Positions 9,470 through 19,411 of a stretch of DNA of 64,000 bases are shown here, one piece after another (the first letter of the stretch is position 1; each line of letters begins with the position of its first letter). The position numbers and the translations under genes are program-made. This DNA is from an uncultured Actinomycetota bacterium (GTDB lineage: Bacteria; Actinomycetota; Actinomycetes; Propionibacteriales; Nocardioidaceae), in the NCBI GenBank assembly GCA_963777195.1, contig CAVZPT010000001.1:13363-77362 (forward strand), written 5' to 3'. The notes beneath the pieces are model-generated. The model worked only from the letters and a program-made list of their open reading frames with translations, had not been told where the DNA came from and did no database searches.

Positions 9470-10819
9470 GTGCGCCCCGCCACCCGCTCGGCCCTGGCCA
9501 TGGCCTCCACGCTGGCGATGACCTTCGCCGTGGCGCTGCCGTTCTCGGGTACGGCGAGCGCGGACCCCGGAGCGCCGCTGCCGAGCCAGGAGCAGGTCGA
9601 CCAGGCAGAGCGCCAGGTGGCCGCCAAGGCCCAGGGGGTAGCCGGGATCCAGGCCGAGCTCGACGCCGCCAACGCCCGGCTGCACGCGGCCAACGTGGCC
9701 GCCGAGACGGCCGCAGAGAACTACAACGGGGCGCTGTGGCGCCTCTCCGAGGCCCGCAAGGAGACCCGCCTCGCGCAGGCCAGGTCGGCGTCGGCCGCGC
9801 GCCAGGTCGAGGCGCAGCGCGTCGCGATCATCACCCTGGTCACCGAGAGCTACCAGAACGGCACCGAGCTCAACACCGCCACCGCTCTGATGAGCGACGA
9901 GGGGCCGGTCGGGCTGATGAACCGCTACGGCGTGGTCTCGAGCGCCGGCGACTCCATGGATGCGCGCCACGAGCGGTTCCGCGTCGCCTCGGCCCGCGCC
10001 AAGGAGTACGTCGAGGAGGCCGAACGCGCTCGCGTCAGGCAGCAGCAGCTGACCTCCGACGCGCGCAGCCTGCGCGACCAGGCCGGTGCCGCTGCCGACT
10101 CCGCCGCCGGGGCCGCCGCGGAGATCGCCAGCCACAAGCAGGTGCTCCTCCGTGCCCTCGCCAAGGCACAGAACATCTCGGTCGCCCTCGCCGCCCAGCG
10201 CCAGCAGGGGCTCGAGCTCCTCGCCGAACAGCAGGCCGCGGCCGAGGCTGCGGCCAAGAGCGCGGCCGCCGAGGCGGCCCAGCAGAAGGCGCACGAGCTC
10301 GCCCAGAAGACCAAGCAGGCCGCCGCCAAGCCCGCCGACCAGCCGAAGTCGAACGGTGGTGGAAACGGGGGCGGCGCCTCCGCCCCGGCGCCCGCCCCGG
10401 CGCCCGCCCCGGCACCCGACCCGGCACCACCGGTCAGCAACGACCCGCCGCCGCCCTCGAGCGGTGTCGACCGGGCCATCGCCTACGCCCGTGCGCAGGT
10501 CGGCAAGCCCTACCGCTGGGGGGCCGAGGGGCCGAACAGCTTCGACTGCTCCGGGCTGACGAAGATGGCCTGGCGCAGCGGCGGCAAGTCGCTCCCGCAC
10601 TACTCCGTGGCCCAGTTCGACATGGGCACCCGGATCCCGGTGAGTGCCGCGCGGCCCGGCGACCTGCTGTTCTGGAGCAGCAACGGCCGCCCGAGCGGCA
10701 TCCACCACGTGGCGCTCTCCCTGGGCGGCAGCCAGTTCATCGAGGCGCCGCGCACGGGAGTCCCGGTCCGCTACAACTCGGTCTCGAACTGGTACCCGGA
10801 CTTCGCCGTACGCCTGTGA
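9470..10819 (+). CDS. Secreted NlpC/P60 peptidoglycan endopeptidase (RipA/CwlO-like) with coiled coil and Pro-Ala linker
   Basis: Signal peptide (ASA-DP), coiled coil, QVGKPYRWGAEGPNSFDCSGL, HHVAL; GAAAGG RBS before GTG 9470. Confidence 0.9.
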   Translation: MRPATRSALAMASTLAMTFAVALPFSGTASADPGAPLPSQEQVDQAERQVAAKAQGVAGIQAELDAANARLHAANVAAETAAENYNGALWRLSEARKETRLAQARSASAARQVEAQRVAIITLVTESYQNGTELNTATALMSDEGPVGLMNRYGVVSSAGDSMDARHERFRVASARAKEYVEEAERARVRQQQLTSDARSLRDQAGAAADSAAGAAAEIASHKQVLLRALAKAQNISVALAAQRQQGLELLAEQQAAAEAAAKSAAAEAAQQKAHELAQKTKQAAAKPADQPKSNGGGNGGGASAPAPAPAPAPAPDPAPPVSNDPPPPSSGVDRAIAYARAQVGKPYRWGAEGPNSFDCSGLTKMAWRSGGKSLPHYSVAQFDMGTRIPVSAARPGDLLFWSSNGRPSGIHHVALSLGGSQFIEAPRTGVPVRYNSVSNWYPDFAVRL

Positions 10820-10850
10820 CCCGAGGGCGGCATACGGCACAGTTGCCCAC

Positions 10851-12803
10851 ATGCCCGACTACACCCAGCCCACGGTCGACGTCCCTGCCCTGACAGCACT
10901 GCTCGACGGGAAGTACGCCGAGATCCGCGACCTCACCCGCAAGAACCTGGTGGAGCACCGCGCGGTCCTCGACGAGGCGATCGAGATGCCGCGCGCGGAG
11001 TTCCGCGACCGGGTGCTCGCGCTGGTCAAGGAGATGGCCGCCACCGGAGCGACCGGCCTCGGCTTCCCGACCGAGTACGGCGGGGGCGGTGACATCGGCG
11101 CCTCGGTGGCGGCCTTCGAGACGCTCGCGTTCGGCGACCTCTCGATCCTGGTCAAGGTCGGCGTGCAGTTCGGCCTCTTCGGCGGGGCGATCCTGCAGCT
11201 GGGGTCCAAGCACCACCACGACGCCTACCTGGCCGACCTCGTGCGCGGTGACCTGCTCGGCTGCTTCGCGATGACCGAGACCGGTCACGGCTCCAACGTG
11301 CAGGCGCTCGGCACCGTCGCGCGGTACGACGCCGCGGCCGGCGAGTTCGTGATCAGCACACCGGACGACCGCTCGCGCAAGGACTACATCGGCAACGCGG
11401 CCGCCCACGCCAGCGCAGCGGTGGTCTTCGCCCAGCTCGAGATCGGCGGCGTCTCGGAGGGCGTGCACGCGTTCGTCGTACCGATCCGCGACGCCGAGGG
11501 GAACCCCTGCAGCGGTGTCCGGATCAGCGACGACGGCGCCAAGATCGGGCTCAACGGCGTCGACAACGGCCGACTGTGGTTCGACGAGGTGCGGGTGCCG
11601 CGGACGAGCATGCTCAACCGCTACGCCGAGGTCAGCGAGGACGGCACCTACTCCTCGGCGATCGAGAACGTCGACCGCCGCTTCTTCACCATGCTCGGCA
11701 CCCTGGTCCAAGGACGGGTCTCGGTCGCCGGCGCCGGGATCAACGCGAGCAAGGTCGCGCTCGCGGTCGCGGTGAAGTACGCCAACCTGCGACGCCAGTT
11801 CGGATCGCCGGAGAGCGGCGGCGAGGAGCTGCTGCTCGACTACGGGATGCACCAGCGCCGGCTGCTCCCGCTGCTGGCGAAGACCTACGCCCTGCACTTC
11901 GCCCAGGAGATCCTGCTCAGCGAGCTGCACAACGTGCTCTCCACCACCGAGGCTCCCGACCGGCAGCGGCGCGCCCTGGAGTCGATGGCCGCGGGGGTCA
12001 AGGCGGTCGGCACCTGGCACGCCAGCCAGACCATCCAGGAGTGCCGCGAGGCCTGCGGCGGCGCGGGCTACCTGATGGCCAACCGGATCGGCTCACTACG
12101 CGCCGACACCGACGTCTTCACCACCTTCGAGGGCGACAACCACATCTTGCTGCAGCTCGTCGCCAAGGGCCTGCTCACCGACTACTCCTCCTCCTTCGGC
12201 GACCTCGACCAGTTCGGGATGGTTCGCTTCGTGGCCAACCTCGCTGTCGAGACGGTCGTGGAGCGCACCAGCGCGCACAAGCTGCTCGAGCGGATCAAGG
12301 ACGTGCTGCCCGGCGGCGACGACCGCTGGGACCAGGAGGCCGGCCTGCTCGACCCGGAGTACCAGCTGGCGATGCTGCGCTGGCGTGAGGAGCACATGCT
12401 CTCCGGGGTGGCGCGTCGTCTCAAGCGCGGCATGGACAGCGGCATGGACGCGGTCGAGGTGTTCAGCCGGGTGCAGGACCACGTCATCGCCGCCGGCCGG
12501 GCCCACGTCGACCGGGTGGTGCTCGAGGCGTTCGTCGCCAAGACTGCCGCGATGGCGCAGGGCGAGAACAGGGTGGCCCTGAACCTGCTCTGCGACCTCC
12601 ACGCCCTCTCGGTCATCGAGGCCGACCGCGGCTGGTGGATGGAGCACGGTCGGCTCAGCAGCACCCGCTCGAAGGCGATCAGCCGGGAGGTGGCCTCGCT
12701 GTGCCGCAAGCTGCGCCCGCTCGCCGAGGACCTCGTCGACGCCTTCGGCATCCCGGCCGAGATGCTGCACGCCGAGATCCTCGAGGACGAGGGCGCCCGC
12801 TGA
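10851..12803 (+). CDS. Acyl-CoA oxidase/dehydrogenase
   Basis: GCFAMTETGHGSNV, KIGLNGVDNG, CREACGGAGY, TFEGDN. Confidence 0.9.
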   Translation: MPDYTQPTVDVPALTALLDGKYAEIRDLTRKNLVEHRAVLDEAIEMPRAEFRDRVLALVKEMAATGATGLGFPTEYGGGGDIGASVAAFETLAFGDLSILVKVGVQFGLFGGAILQLGSKHHHDAYLADLVRGDLLGCFAMTETGHGSNVQALGTVARYDAAAGEFVISTPDDRSRKDYIGNAAAHASAAVVFAQLEIGGVSEGVHAFVVPIRDAEGNPCSGVRISDDGAKIGLNGVDNGRLWFDEVRVPRTSMLNRYAEVSEDGTYSSAIENVDRRFFTMLGTLVQGRVSVAGAGINASKVALAVAVKYANLRRQFGSPESGGEELLLDYGMHQRRLLPLLAKTYALHFAQEILLSELHNVLSTTEAPDRQRRALESMAAGVKAVGTWHASQTIQECREACGGAGYLMANRIGSLRADTDVFTTFEGDNHILLQLVAKGLLTDYSSSFGDLDQFGMVRFVANLAVETVVERTSAHKLLERIKDVLPGGDDRWDQEAGLLDPEYQLAMLRWREEHMLSGVARRLKRGMDSGMDAVEVFSRVQDHVIAAGRAHVDRVVLEAFVAKTAAMAQGENRVALNLLCDLHALSVIEADRGWWMEHGRLSSTRSKAISREVASLCRKLRPLAEDLVDAFGIPAEMLHAEILEDEGAR

Positions 12804-13477
12804 TGCTCGAACGCCTCCGGATCCCCGGCCTCGGCGGCTGGGGCGACGACCCGCTGTGGGCCGGTGTCTACGACTGGAGCGTGGAGCACCCCCAGGCCGG
12901 CGGCATGGCGTGGCGGGTCGGCATCGGCAGCGACCTGCGCCGGCTCTACTCCGCAGCCGCCGAGATCGGCAGGCAGCAGGCGGGCTCGGCGGTGCTCGAC
13001 GTGCCCTGCGGCGGTGGGGTCGCCCTGCGTGGTCTGCGACCCGGCCAGGGGGTGCGTTACGTCGCCGCGGACATCTCCCGATCCATGCTCGACAAGACGA
13101 TGGCCTCGGCCCGGCGCCGGCATGTCGCGGCCCAGGTCGAGCCGGTCCTGGCCGATGTGGGCGAGCTGCCCTTCGAGGACGGCGAGTTCGACCTGGTGGT
13201 CTCCTTCACCGGGCTGCACTGCTTCCCCGACCCGCACCTCGCCGTGCGCGAGATGGGCCGGGTGCTGCACGCGGGCGGGGTCCTCACCGGCAGCGCGCTG
13301 CTCAACGACACCGGCCTGCGCTACCTGCCACTGCGTCAGGTCGGCCGGTTCGCCGGCCTGCTCGGTCCAGGGGCCACGACCACCGAGGTCCGCGACTGGC
13401 TGACCGAGGCAGGTTTCCTGGAGGTCAGCGTCGAGCTGTCGGGCGCGATGGCCTACTTCCGCGCCCAGAAGGCCTGA
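12803..13477 (+). CDS. Class I SAM-dependent methyltransferase
   Basis: VLDVPCGGG, ADIS, LPFEDGEFDLV; TGATG coupling to the upstream gene. Confidence 0.85.
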   Translation: MLERLRIPGLGGWGDDPLWAGVYDWSVEHPQAGGMAWRVGIGSDLRRLYSAAAEIGRQQAGSAVLDVPCGGGVALRGLRPGQGVRYVAADISRSMLDKTMASARRRHVAAQVEPVLADVGELPFEDGEFDLVVSFTGLHCFPDPHLAVREMGRVLHAGGVLTGSALLNDTGLRYLPLRQVGRFAGLLGPGATTTEVRDWLTEAGFLEVSVELSGAMAYFRAQKA

Positions 13478-13479
13478 GA

Positions 13480-13505
13480 CCGGCCGCTCCGAACGGGACG
13501 GCCGG
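13480..13505. terminator. GC-rich hairpin between convergent genes; possible bidirectional terminator
   Basis: CCGGCCG-CTCC-GAAC-GGGA-CGGCCGG; no U tract. Confidence 0.4.
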
Positions 13506-13523
13506 CTCCGGAGAAGCGGTGCC

Positions 13524-14021
13524 TCAGTGCGTGCCGGACTCCTTCGCGCGCTTGAAGGAGGCGCGGACCTCGGCCTCCGCCTCGGTGCGGCCCACCCAGT
13601 TGGCGCCCTCGACGGACTTGCCGGGCTCGAGGTCCTTGTAGACCTCGAAGAAGTGCTGGATCTCGAGACGGTCGTACTTCGAGACGTGGTTGATGTCGCG
13701 CAGGTGCTCCAGGCGCGGGTCGTGGGTCGGGACGCAGAGCACCTTGTCGTCGCCGCCGGCCTCGTCGGTCATCCGGAACATCCCGATCGCGCGGCAGGCG
13801 ATCAGGCAGCCCGGGAAGGTGGGCTGCTGCAGGATCACGAGCGCGTCGAGGGGGTCGCCGTCCTGGCCCAGGGTGTTCTCGATGTAGCCATAGTCCGCGG
13901 GGTAGGCGGTCGAGGTGAACAGCATCCGGTCGAGCCGGATCCGCCCGGACTCGTGGTCGACCTCGTACTTGTTCCGCTCGCCCTTCGGGATCTCCACGAG
14001 TACGTCGAACTCCACGGCCAC
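13524..14021 (-). CDS. ppa: Inorganic pyrophosphatase
   Basis: [31 protein letters not shown]; start could alternatively be GTG at 14015. Confidence 0.95.
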   Translation of the reverse strand: MAVEFDVLVEIPKGERNKYEVDHESGRIRLDRMLFTSTAYPADYGYIENTLGQDGDPLDALVILQQPTFPGCLIACRAIGMFRMTDEAGGDDKVLCVPTHDPRLEHLRDINHVSKYDRLEIQHFFEVYKDLEPGKSVEGANWVGRTEAEAEVRASFKRAKESGTH

Positions 14022-14121
14022 AACCTTTCAGCAGACACCTGCACGCCCTCGCGCGGGCGCGTCGGGGTTAGTCTCCCGCACAAGTGCCCGGATCGGCACA
14101 TCAAAGGGGGCTGAACGCACG

Positions 14122-15558
14122 GTGCGTGACCAACACCACTGGCTGAGGCGATGGATCGCCGAGATCGTGGTCCTCACGCTCCTCCTGGCAGCGGGTCTCA
14201 CCTACCGCTTCGACCTGGTCGACCGGATCCTCGGCCCGGCCGCCGATCCCCGCACCGACCCCGCTGCCGTGGCCGCCCCGGAGGGCCTGGCGCTCCCGCC
14301 GACCCGGACCGCCCAGCAGGTGGCCGGGACCAGCACTCCCGGGCGCGTCGACGCGCGCGCGGTGGCCGCGAAGCTGCGGCCGATGCTCGAGCGGGAGACC
14401 CTCGGCCGGCACTTCGCCGTCCTGGTCACCGACCTGGCCACCGGCGCCGAGGTGTTCCGCGCCGGGGCGCCGCGGGTGACCCCGGCGTCGACGGCCAAGC
14501 TGCTGACCAGCGTCGCCGTCCTCGAGGCGCTGGGGCCGATGGCACGGTTCCGGACCTCGGTGCGCTTCGACCCCGCCCGCGGGCGGCTGGTGCTGGTCGG
14601 TGGCGGCGACCCCCTGCTGGGCAGCTCGCCGAAGGCGGGCAACGGCAGCTATCCCGCCCGCGCCGACCTCGAGACCCTGGCGCGCAGGACCGTCCGGCAG
14701 CTGCGCTCCCAGGGCGTGAAGCGGGCGCAGCTGGCCTACGACGACTCCTACTTCACCGGGCCGGGGATCAACCCGCGGTGGCCGGCGTCCTACGTCCCCG
14801 AGGACGTGGTGCCGCCGATCGGCGCGCTCTGGGTGGAGGAGGGACGCGCAGGCTCCTACGGTTTCGTCGCCGACCCTGCCCAGACCGCGGGGGAGGCGTT
14901 CGCCGACGCACTCCGCGCGGCAGGGCTCAAGCTGCGCGGCTCCGTGGCCCGGGCCAGCGGGCCCGCCACCGGCACCGAGATCGCCTACGTCTCCAGTGCG
15001 CCGCTCGGCGAGATCGTCGAGCGCACGCTCGCCCTCAGCGACAACGAGGCGGCCGAGGTGCTCGCGCGTCACGTCGGGTTGGCCGAACGCCAGGTCGGCT
15101 CCTTCGAGGCCGGTGCGGCCGCGGTGCTCGACGTCGTCCGCCGCCTCGGGGTGCCCACGACCGGGGACCTGTTGTACGACGGCAGCGGGCTCTCGCGCGA
15201 GAACCTGCTCGCGCCGAAGACCCTCACCGGCGTGCTCCGGGTCGCCTCGTCGCCGGAGCACCCCGGGCTGCGCGCGGTGATCACAGGGCTCCCGGTCGCC
15301 GGGTTCACCGGCTCGCTGCGGGCCCGCTTCGACAAGGGCCCCGCGGCCGCCCGCGGACGGGTCAGCGCCAAGACCGGCACGCTCACCGGCGTGCACGGCC
15401 TGGCCGGGGTGGCCCGCGACGTATCAGGCGGCGAGATGGCCTTCGTCGTGATCGCCGACCGGGTCGCCGTACCCAAGACGCTGGACGCGCGGCTGCTGAT
15501 CGACCAGATCGCGGCCGCGTTGGGCGCGTGCAGGTGCGGCGTAGGGTCGTCGCCATGA
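14122..15558 (+). CDS. dacB: D-alanyl-D-alanine carboxypeptidase/endopeptidase (peptidase S13, PBP4)
   Basis: PASTAK (SxxK), SDN, DGSGLS, KTGTL; conserved ppa-dacB-tilS synteny. Confidence 0.92.
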   Translation: MRDQHHWLRRWIAEIVVLTLLLAAGLTYRFDLVDRILGPAADPRTDPAAVAAPEGLALPPTRTAQQVAGTSTPGRVDARAVAAKLRPMLERETLGRHFAVLVTDLATGAEVFRAGAPRVTPASTAKLLTSVAVLEALGPMARFRTSVRFDPARGRLVLVGGGDPLLGSSPKAGNGSYPARADLETLARRTVRQLRSQGVKRAQLAYDDSYFTGPGINPRWPASYVPEDVVPPIGALWVEEGRAGSYGFVADPAQTAGEAFADALRAAGLKLRGSVARASGPATGTEIAYVSSAPLGEIVERTLALSDNEAAEVLARHVGLAERQVGSFEAGAAAVLDVVRRLGVPTTGDLLYDGSGLSRENLLAPKTLTGVLRVASSPEHPGLRAVITGLPVAGFTGSLRARFDKGPAAARGRVSAKTGTLTGVHGLAGVARDVSGGEMAFVVIADRVAVPKTLDARLLIDQIAAALGACRCGVGSSP

Positions 15559-16613
15559 GCGCTCAGGAACGCCCGGGAATGGTCGACTGGGACCTCGCGG
15601 TCAGGGTCGGGTCACGCCTGGTCGGCGAGGGTCCCGTCGTCAGCCGGGCCGAGGCGGGCGAGGCCGTCGAGGAGCTGCGTGCCGGGGCCGCCCGGTCCAC
15701 GCCCCTGGTGCGGGAGTTCACCGGCCTGGTCGCCACCGAGCGCTCGGCGCCGGTGCTGGTGATCGACCGACCGAGCTGGATCCAGGCCAACGCCGACGCG
15801 TTCGCCACGATCATCGCGCCGCTGATCGAGAAGCTGCAGGAGCGCAAGGGTGCGCCCGGCCCCCTCGCCGAGGCGATCGGGTCGAGGATCACCGGAGTCG
15901 AGCTCGGCGCGATGCTCGGCTTCCTGGGCTCGAAGGTGCTCGGCCAGTTCGACCCGTTCCACGCCCAGCCGGGCGAGCAGGGCCGGATGCTGCTGGTCGC
16001 TCCCAACATCGTGCACACCGAGCGTGAGATCGGCGCCGACCCGCAGGACTTCCGGCTCTGGGTGTGCCTGCACGAGGAGACCCACCGGGTGCAGTTCACC
16101 GCGGTGCCGTGGATGACCGACCACCTGCGCGGCGAGATGGCCAACATCCTCGGCTCGGTGAACACCGACCCCTCCGAGATGCTCGGGGAGCTGGCCCGCA
16201 AGGTCGTCGACCTCCTGACCGGGAAGGCCGAGGGCTCGCTGCTCGAGCTGTTCTCCGGCCCGGAGCAGCGCGCGGTGATCGAGCGGGTCACCGGCGTGAT
16301 GAGCCTGCTCGAGGGGCACGCCGACGTGGTGATGGACGGCGTCGGTCCCGAGGTGATCCCCTCGGTCGCCGAGATCCGCGCGAAGTTCACCCAGCGCAGG
16401 CAGGGCATCGGCGCTCTCGACCGGCTGCTCCGGCGGCTGCTCGGGCTCGACCAGAAGATGGCGCAGTACCGCGACGGCGCGGTCTTCGTGCGGGCGGCCA
16501 TCGACAAGGTCGGCATGGACGGCTTCAACGCCGTGTGGGCCGAGCCGGCCAACCTGCCCAGCAAGAAGGAGATCCACGACCCGTCGCTGTGGGTCGCCCG
16601 GGTGCACGGCTGA
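15555..16613 (+). CDS. Zinc-dependent metalloprotease-like protein (DUF2342/Zincin_2)
   Basis: WVCLHEETHRVQF, MSLLEGHAD; conserved position between dacB and tilS. Confidence 0.88.
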   Translation: MSAQERPGMVDWDLAVRVGSRLVGEGPVVSRAEAGEAVEELRAGAARSTPLVREFTGLVATERSAPVLVIDRPSWIQANADAFATIIAPLIEKLQERKGAPGPLAEAIGSRITGVELGAMLGFLGSKVLGQFDPFHAQPGEQGRMLLVAPNIVHTEREIGADPQDFRLWVCLHEETHRVQFTAVPWMTDHLRGEMANILGSVNTDPSEMLGELARKVVDLLTGKAEGSLLELFSGPEQRAVIERVTGVMSLLEGHADVVMDGVGPEVIPSVAEIRAKFTQRRQGIGALDRLLRRLLGLDQKMAQYRDGAVFVRAAIDKVGMDGFNAVWAEPANLPSKKEIHDPSLWVARVHG

Positions 16614-16616
16614 GCG

Positions 16617-17588
16617 ATGGGCCTGCACCCCGCGGTCGCTGCGGTCCGTCTGGCCGTACGCCGGACCCTGGCCGATCTCGACACCGGTGACACCGTGGTG
16701 GTGGCCTGCTCCGGCGGCGCGGACTCGCTCGCCCTGCTGGCGGCCACCGTCTTCGAGGCGCGGCCCGACTCCCTGCGCGTCGTCGGCGCCACCGTCGACC
16801 ACGGGCTGCAGCCGGGCTCGGGCGAGCACGCCGACCGGGTCGCGGAGCAGATGCGCGAGATGGGCGTCGACGAGTCGCTCACCGCCCACGTCCACGTCGA
16901 GGCGCCCGGCCTGGGCCCGGAGGCGGCGGCCCGTGAGGCGCGCTACGCCGTACTCGGGCAGGTCGCGGAGCGCTTCGGCGCCGCCACGGTCCTGCTCGGG
17001 CACACTCTCGACGACCAGGCCGAGACCGTGCTGCTGGGCCTGGCCCGCGGTTCGGGGGCCCGGTCGCTGGCCGGGATGCGCCGGTCCTTCGAGGGCTACC
17101 GGCGCCCGCTCCTGGACCTCTCGCGTGCCGACACCGAGACCGCCTGCCTGGCCGAGGGACTGCAGTTCTGGACCGACCCGCACAACAGCGACGACCGGTT
17201 CACCCGGGTGCGCGTGCGCAACCGGGTGCTCCCGCTCCTGGAGCAGGAGCTCGGTCCGGGGGTGGCGCAGGCGCTGGCGCGCACGGCCGAGAGCGTCCGA
17301 CTCGACGTGGACCTGCTCGACGGGCTTGCCGAGGAGGCCGAGCAGGCCCTGCGGGTCGAGGAGGGGTACGACGCCGACCTGCTCGGCGAGCAGCCGGTCG
17401 CGATCCTGCGCCGCGTGGTCCGGCTCGCCTGCCTGGGCGCCGGCGCGCTGCCCGCCGACCTCGCGCACGAGCACGTCGTGGCCGTCAGCGAGATGGTGCT
17501 GGCACACCGCCAGCGAACGATCCAGCTGCCCGGGCACGTGACGGCCCTCGTCGTGGACGGGATCCTGCGGTTCCGGCGTACCCCCTGA
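16617..17588 (+). CDS. tilS: tRNA(Ile)-lysidine synthetase
   Basis: ACSGGADS PP-loop, VDHGL, EAAAREARY, GHTLDDQAET. Confidence 0.95.
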   Translation: MGLHPAVAAVRLAVRRTLADLDTGDTVVVACSGGADSLALLAATVFEARPDSLRVVGATVDHGLQPGSGEHADRVAEQMREMGVDESLTAHVHVEAPGLGPEAAAREARYAVLGQVAERFGAATVLLGHTLDDQAETVLLGLARGSGARSLAGMRRSFEGYRRPLLDLSRADTETACLAEGLQFWTDPHNSDDRFTRVRVRNRVLPLLEQELGPGVAQALARTAESVRLDVDLLDGLAEEAEQALRVEEGYDADLLGEQPVAILRRVVRLACLGAGALPADLAHEHVVAVSEMVLAHRQRTIQLPGHVTALVVDGILRFRRTP

Positions 17589-17696
17589 CGTCATACCTTC
17601 TGGTTGCTCGGACCACCGCTGCGGATGACGTCCCGGGGCGCGATCCCGGGGACGTCATGCGTTGTGGCGGTCCGAGCAACCAGTTCGTATGACGTC
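17587..17696. repeat. REP-like family B: inverted doublet of a ~48-bp unit bounded by GACGTCAT...ATGACGTC
   Basis: Left arm GACGTCATACCTTCTGGTTGCTCGGACC, right arm GGTCCGAGCAACCAGTTCGTATGACGTC; related single unit at 48237. Confidence 0.85.
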
Positions 17697-18728
17697 CGCG
17701 GTGGCGAGCAGGGAGAGGGTGGCCTCGCGGGCAGGGGCCGACGCCGGGTCGGTGCCGACGAAGGCGCCGGCGACCGGGTGCACCATCACCTCGTCCACGG
17801 CGTACGTCGAGGCCAGGTCGCGGATCTGCGCGGCGGCGGTGTCCGGCGTGCCGACCACCCAGCGCCGCCGCATCGCCTCGAGAAGACCGCGATGCTGCTC
17901 GGGCACGGGGTCCTTCTCCGCCTCCTCGACCAGCCGTTGCGGCCGCATCGGCCCGCCCGTGCGCAGCGCGACCATCGCCTGCAGCTGCGGCAGCGCCAGC
18001 CGCTCGGCCTCCTCCTGGGTCTGCGCGACCGACACGTTCACGGTCAGGAAGGTCCGCGGCGCGTCGAGGTGCTCCGAGGCCCGGAACTGCGAGCGGTAGA
18101 GCTCCAGCGCCTCCGCCGTGCCCTGGCCGGAGAAGTGGTGCGCGAAGACGTAGGGCAGTCCACGCGCCGCCGCGAGCCGGGCCGAGTAGTCCGAGGACCC
18201 CAGCAGCCACACCGGCGGCGAGGAGACCGCACGCGGCGTCGCCCGCAGCGGGTGCGTGCGCCCGCCGACCTCGAGGCCGACCCCGCCCGGGCTCATCATC
18301 GCCACCACGTCGTCGACGTACGCCGGGAACCGGCTGACTGCGTCCTCGCCGACCCCGCCGGCGCCGTGGCGCAGCGCGAAGCCGGTGACCTGGTCGGTCC
18401 CGGGTGCGCGGCCGATCCCGAGGTCGATCCGCCCCGGGTGTGCCGCCTCGAGCAGCGCGAACTGCTCGGCCACCACCAGCGGCGCGTGGTTGGGCAGCAT
18501 CACACCTCCGGAGCCGACCCGGATCCGTGAGGTCGCGGCGGCGACCATCGCGATCAGCAGCGGCGGGTTCGTGGCGGCGACGGCCGGCATGTTGTGGTGC
18601 TCGGCGAGCCAGTAGCGCCGGTAGCCGGCGTCGTCGGCCACGCGGGCGAGCCGCCGGGTCGCACCGAGCGCGTCGCCGGTGGTCTGGTCGCTGCGGACGG
18701 GCACGAGGTCGAGGACGGAGAGGTGCAT
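17655..18728 (-). CDS. LLM-class flavin-dependent oxidoreductase (luciferase-like, group 1)
   Basis: LSVLDLVP, WLAEHHNM, RVGSGGVMLPNH, RIDLGIGRAPG, WLLGSS. Confidence 0.92.
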   Translation of the reverse strand: MHLSVLDLVPVRSDQTTGDALGATRRLARVADDAGYRRYWLAEHHNMPAVAATNPPLLIAMVAAATSRIRVGSGGVMLPNHAPLVVAEQFALLEAAHPGRIDLGIGRAPGTDQVTGFALRHGAGGVGEDAVSRFPAYVDDVVAMMSPGGVGLEVGGRTHPLRATPRAVSSPPVWLLGSSDYSARLAAARGLPYVFAHHFSGQGTAEALELYRSQFRASEHLDAPRTFLTVNVSVAQTQEEAERLALPQLQAMVALRTGGPMRPQRLVEEAEKDPVPEQHRGLLEAMRRRWVVGTPDTAAAQIRDLASTYAVDEVMVHPVAGAFVGTDPASAPAREATLSLLATADVIRTGCSDRHNA

Positions 18729-18830
18729 GTCCGGCACAACACCACCTGCCGGCCCAGGCTTCCCGGGTCTGCCACGGGCCTGCCACGGGTCCTGCCACGG
18801 GTCCGGCACCCGTGTGGCAGGCTTCCGCGC

Positions 18831-19382
18831 ATGGACTCAGCCGACGTCGAGGGCGACCTGGTCAACATCCTCTTCACCGAGGCCGACATCCGGGCGCGGC
18901 TCGGTGAGATGGCCCGGCAGATCGAGGTCGACTACGAGGGACAGGACCTGCTGATCGTCGGTGTCCTCCGCGGCGCGGTGATGGTGATGGCCGACCTCGG
19001 CCGGGAGTTCAACCGGCACATCGAGATGGACTGGATGGCCGTGTCCTCCTACGGCTCGGGCACCAAGAGCTCCGGCGTCGTACGCATCCTCAAGGACCTC
19101 GACACCGACATCAGCGGCCGGCACGTGCTGATCGTCGACGAGATCATCGACACCGGCCTGACGCTGTCGTGGCTGACCTCCAACCTCGCCTCGCGCAACC
19201 CCGCCTCGGTGGAGATCTGCACCCTCCTGCGCAAGCCCGACGCCCTGCGGATGGACGTCGAGGTGCGCTACGTCGGCTGGGACATCCCCAACGAGTTCGT
19301 GGTCGGCTACGGGCTCGACTTCAACGAGCAGTACCGCAACCTGCGCGACATCGGCACCCTCGCACCGCACGTGTATTCGTGA
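18831..19382 (+). CDS. hpt: Hypoxanthine phosphoribosyltransferase
   Basis: VSSYGSGTKSSG, VLIVDEIIDTGLTL, FVVGYGLD. Confidence 0.95.
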   Translation: MDSADVEGDLVNILFTEADIRARLGEMARQIEVDYEGQDLLIVGVLRGAVMVMADLGREFNRHIEMDWMAVSSYGSGTKSSGVVRILKDLDTDISGRHVLIVDEIIDTGLTLSWLTSNLASRNPASVEICTLLRKPDALRMDVEVRYVGWDIPNEFVVGYGLDFNEQYRNLRDIGTLAPHVYS

Positions 19383-19411
19383 GCGCTGGAGTGACCTGAG
19401 AGGATTGCTCG

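Noticed and set aside
10379-10430. CCCGCCCCGGCG tandem repeat
   Set aside because: Encodes the Pro-Ala linker of the NlpC/P60 protein
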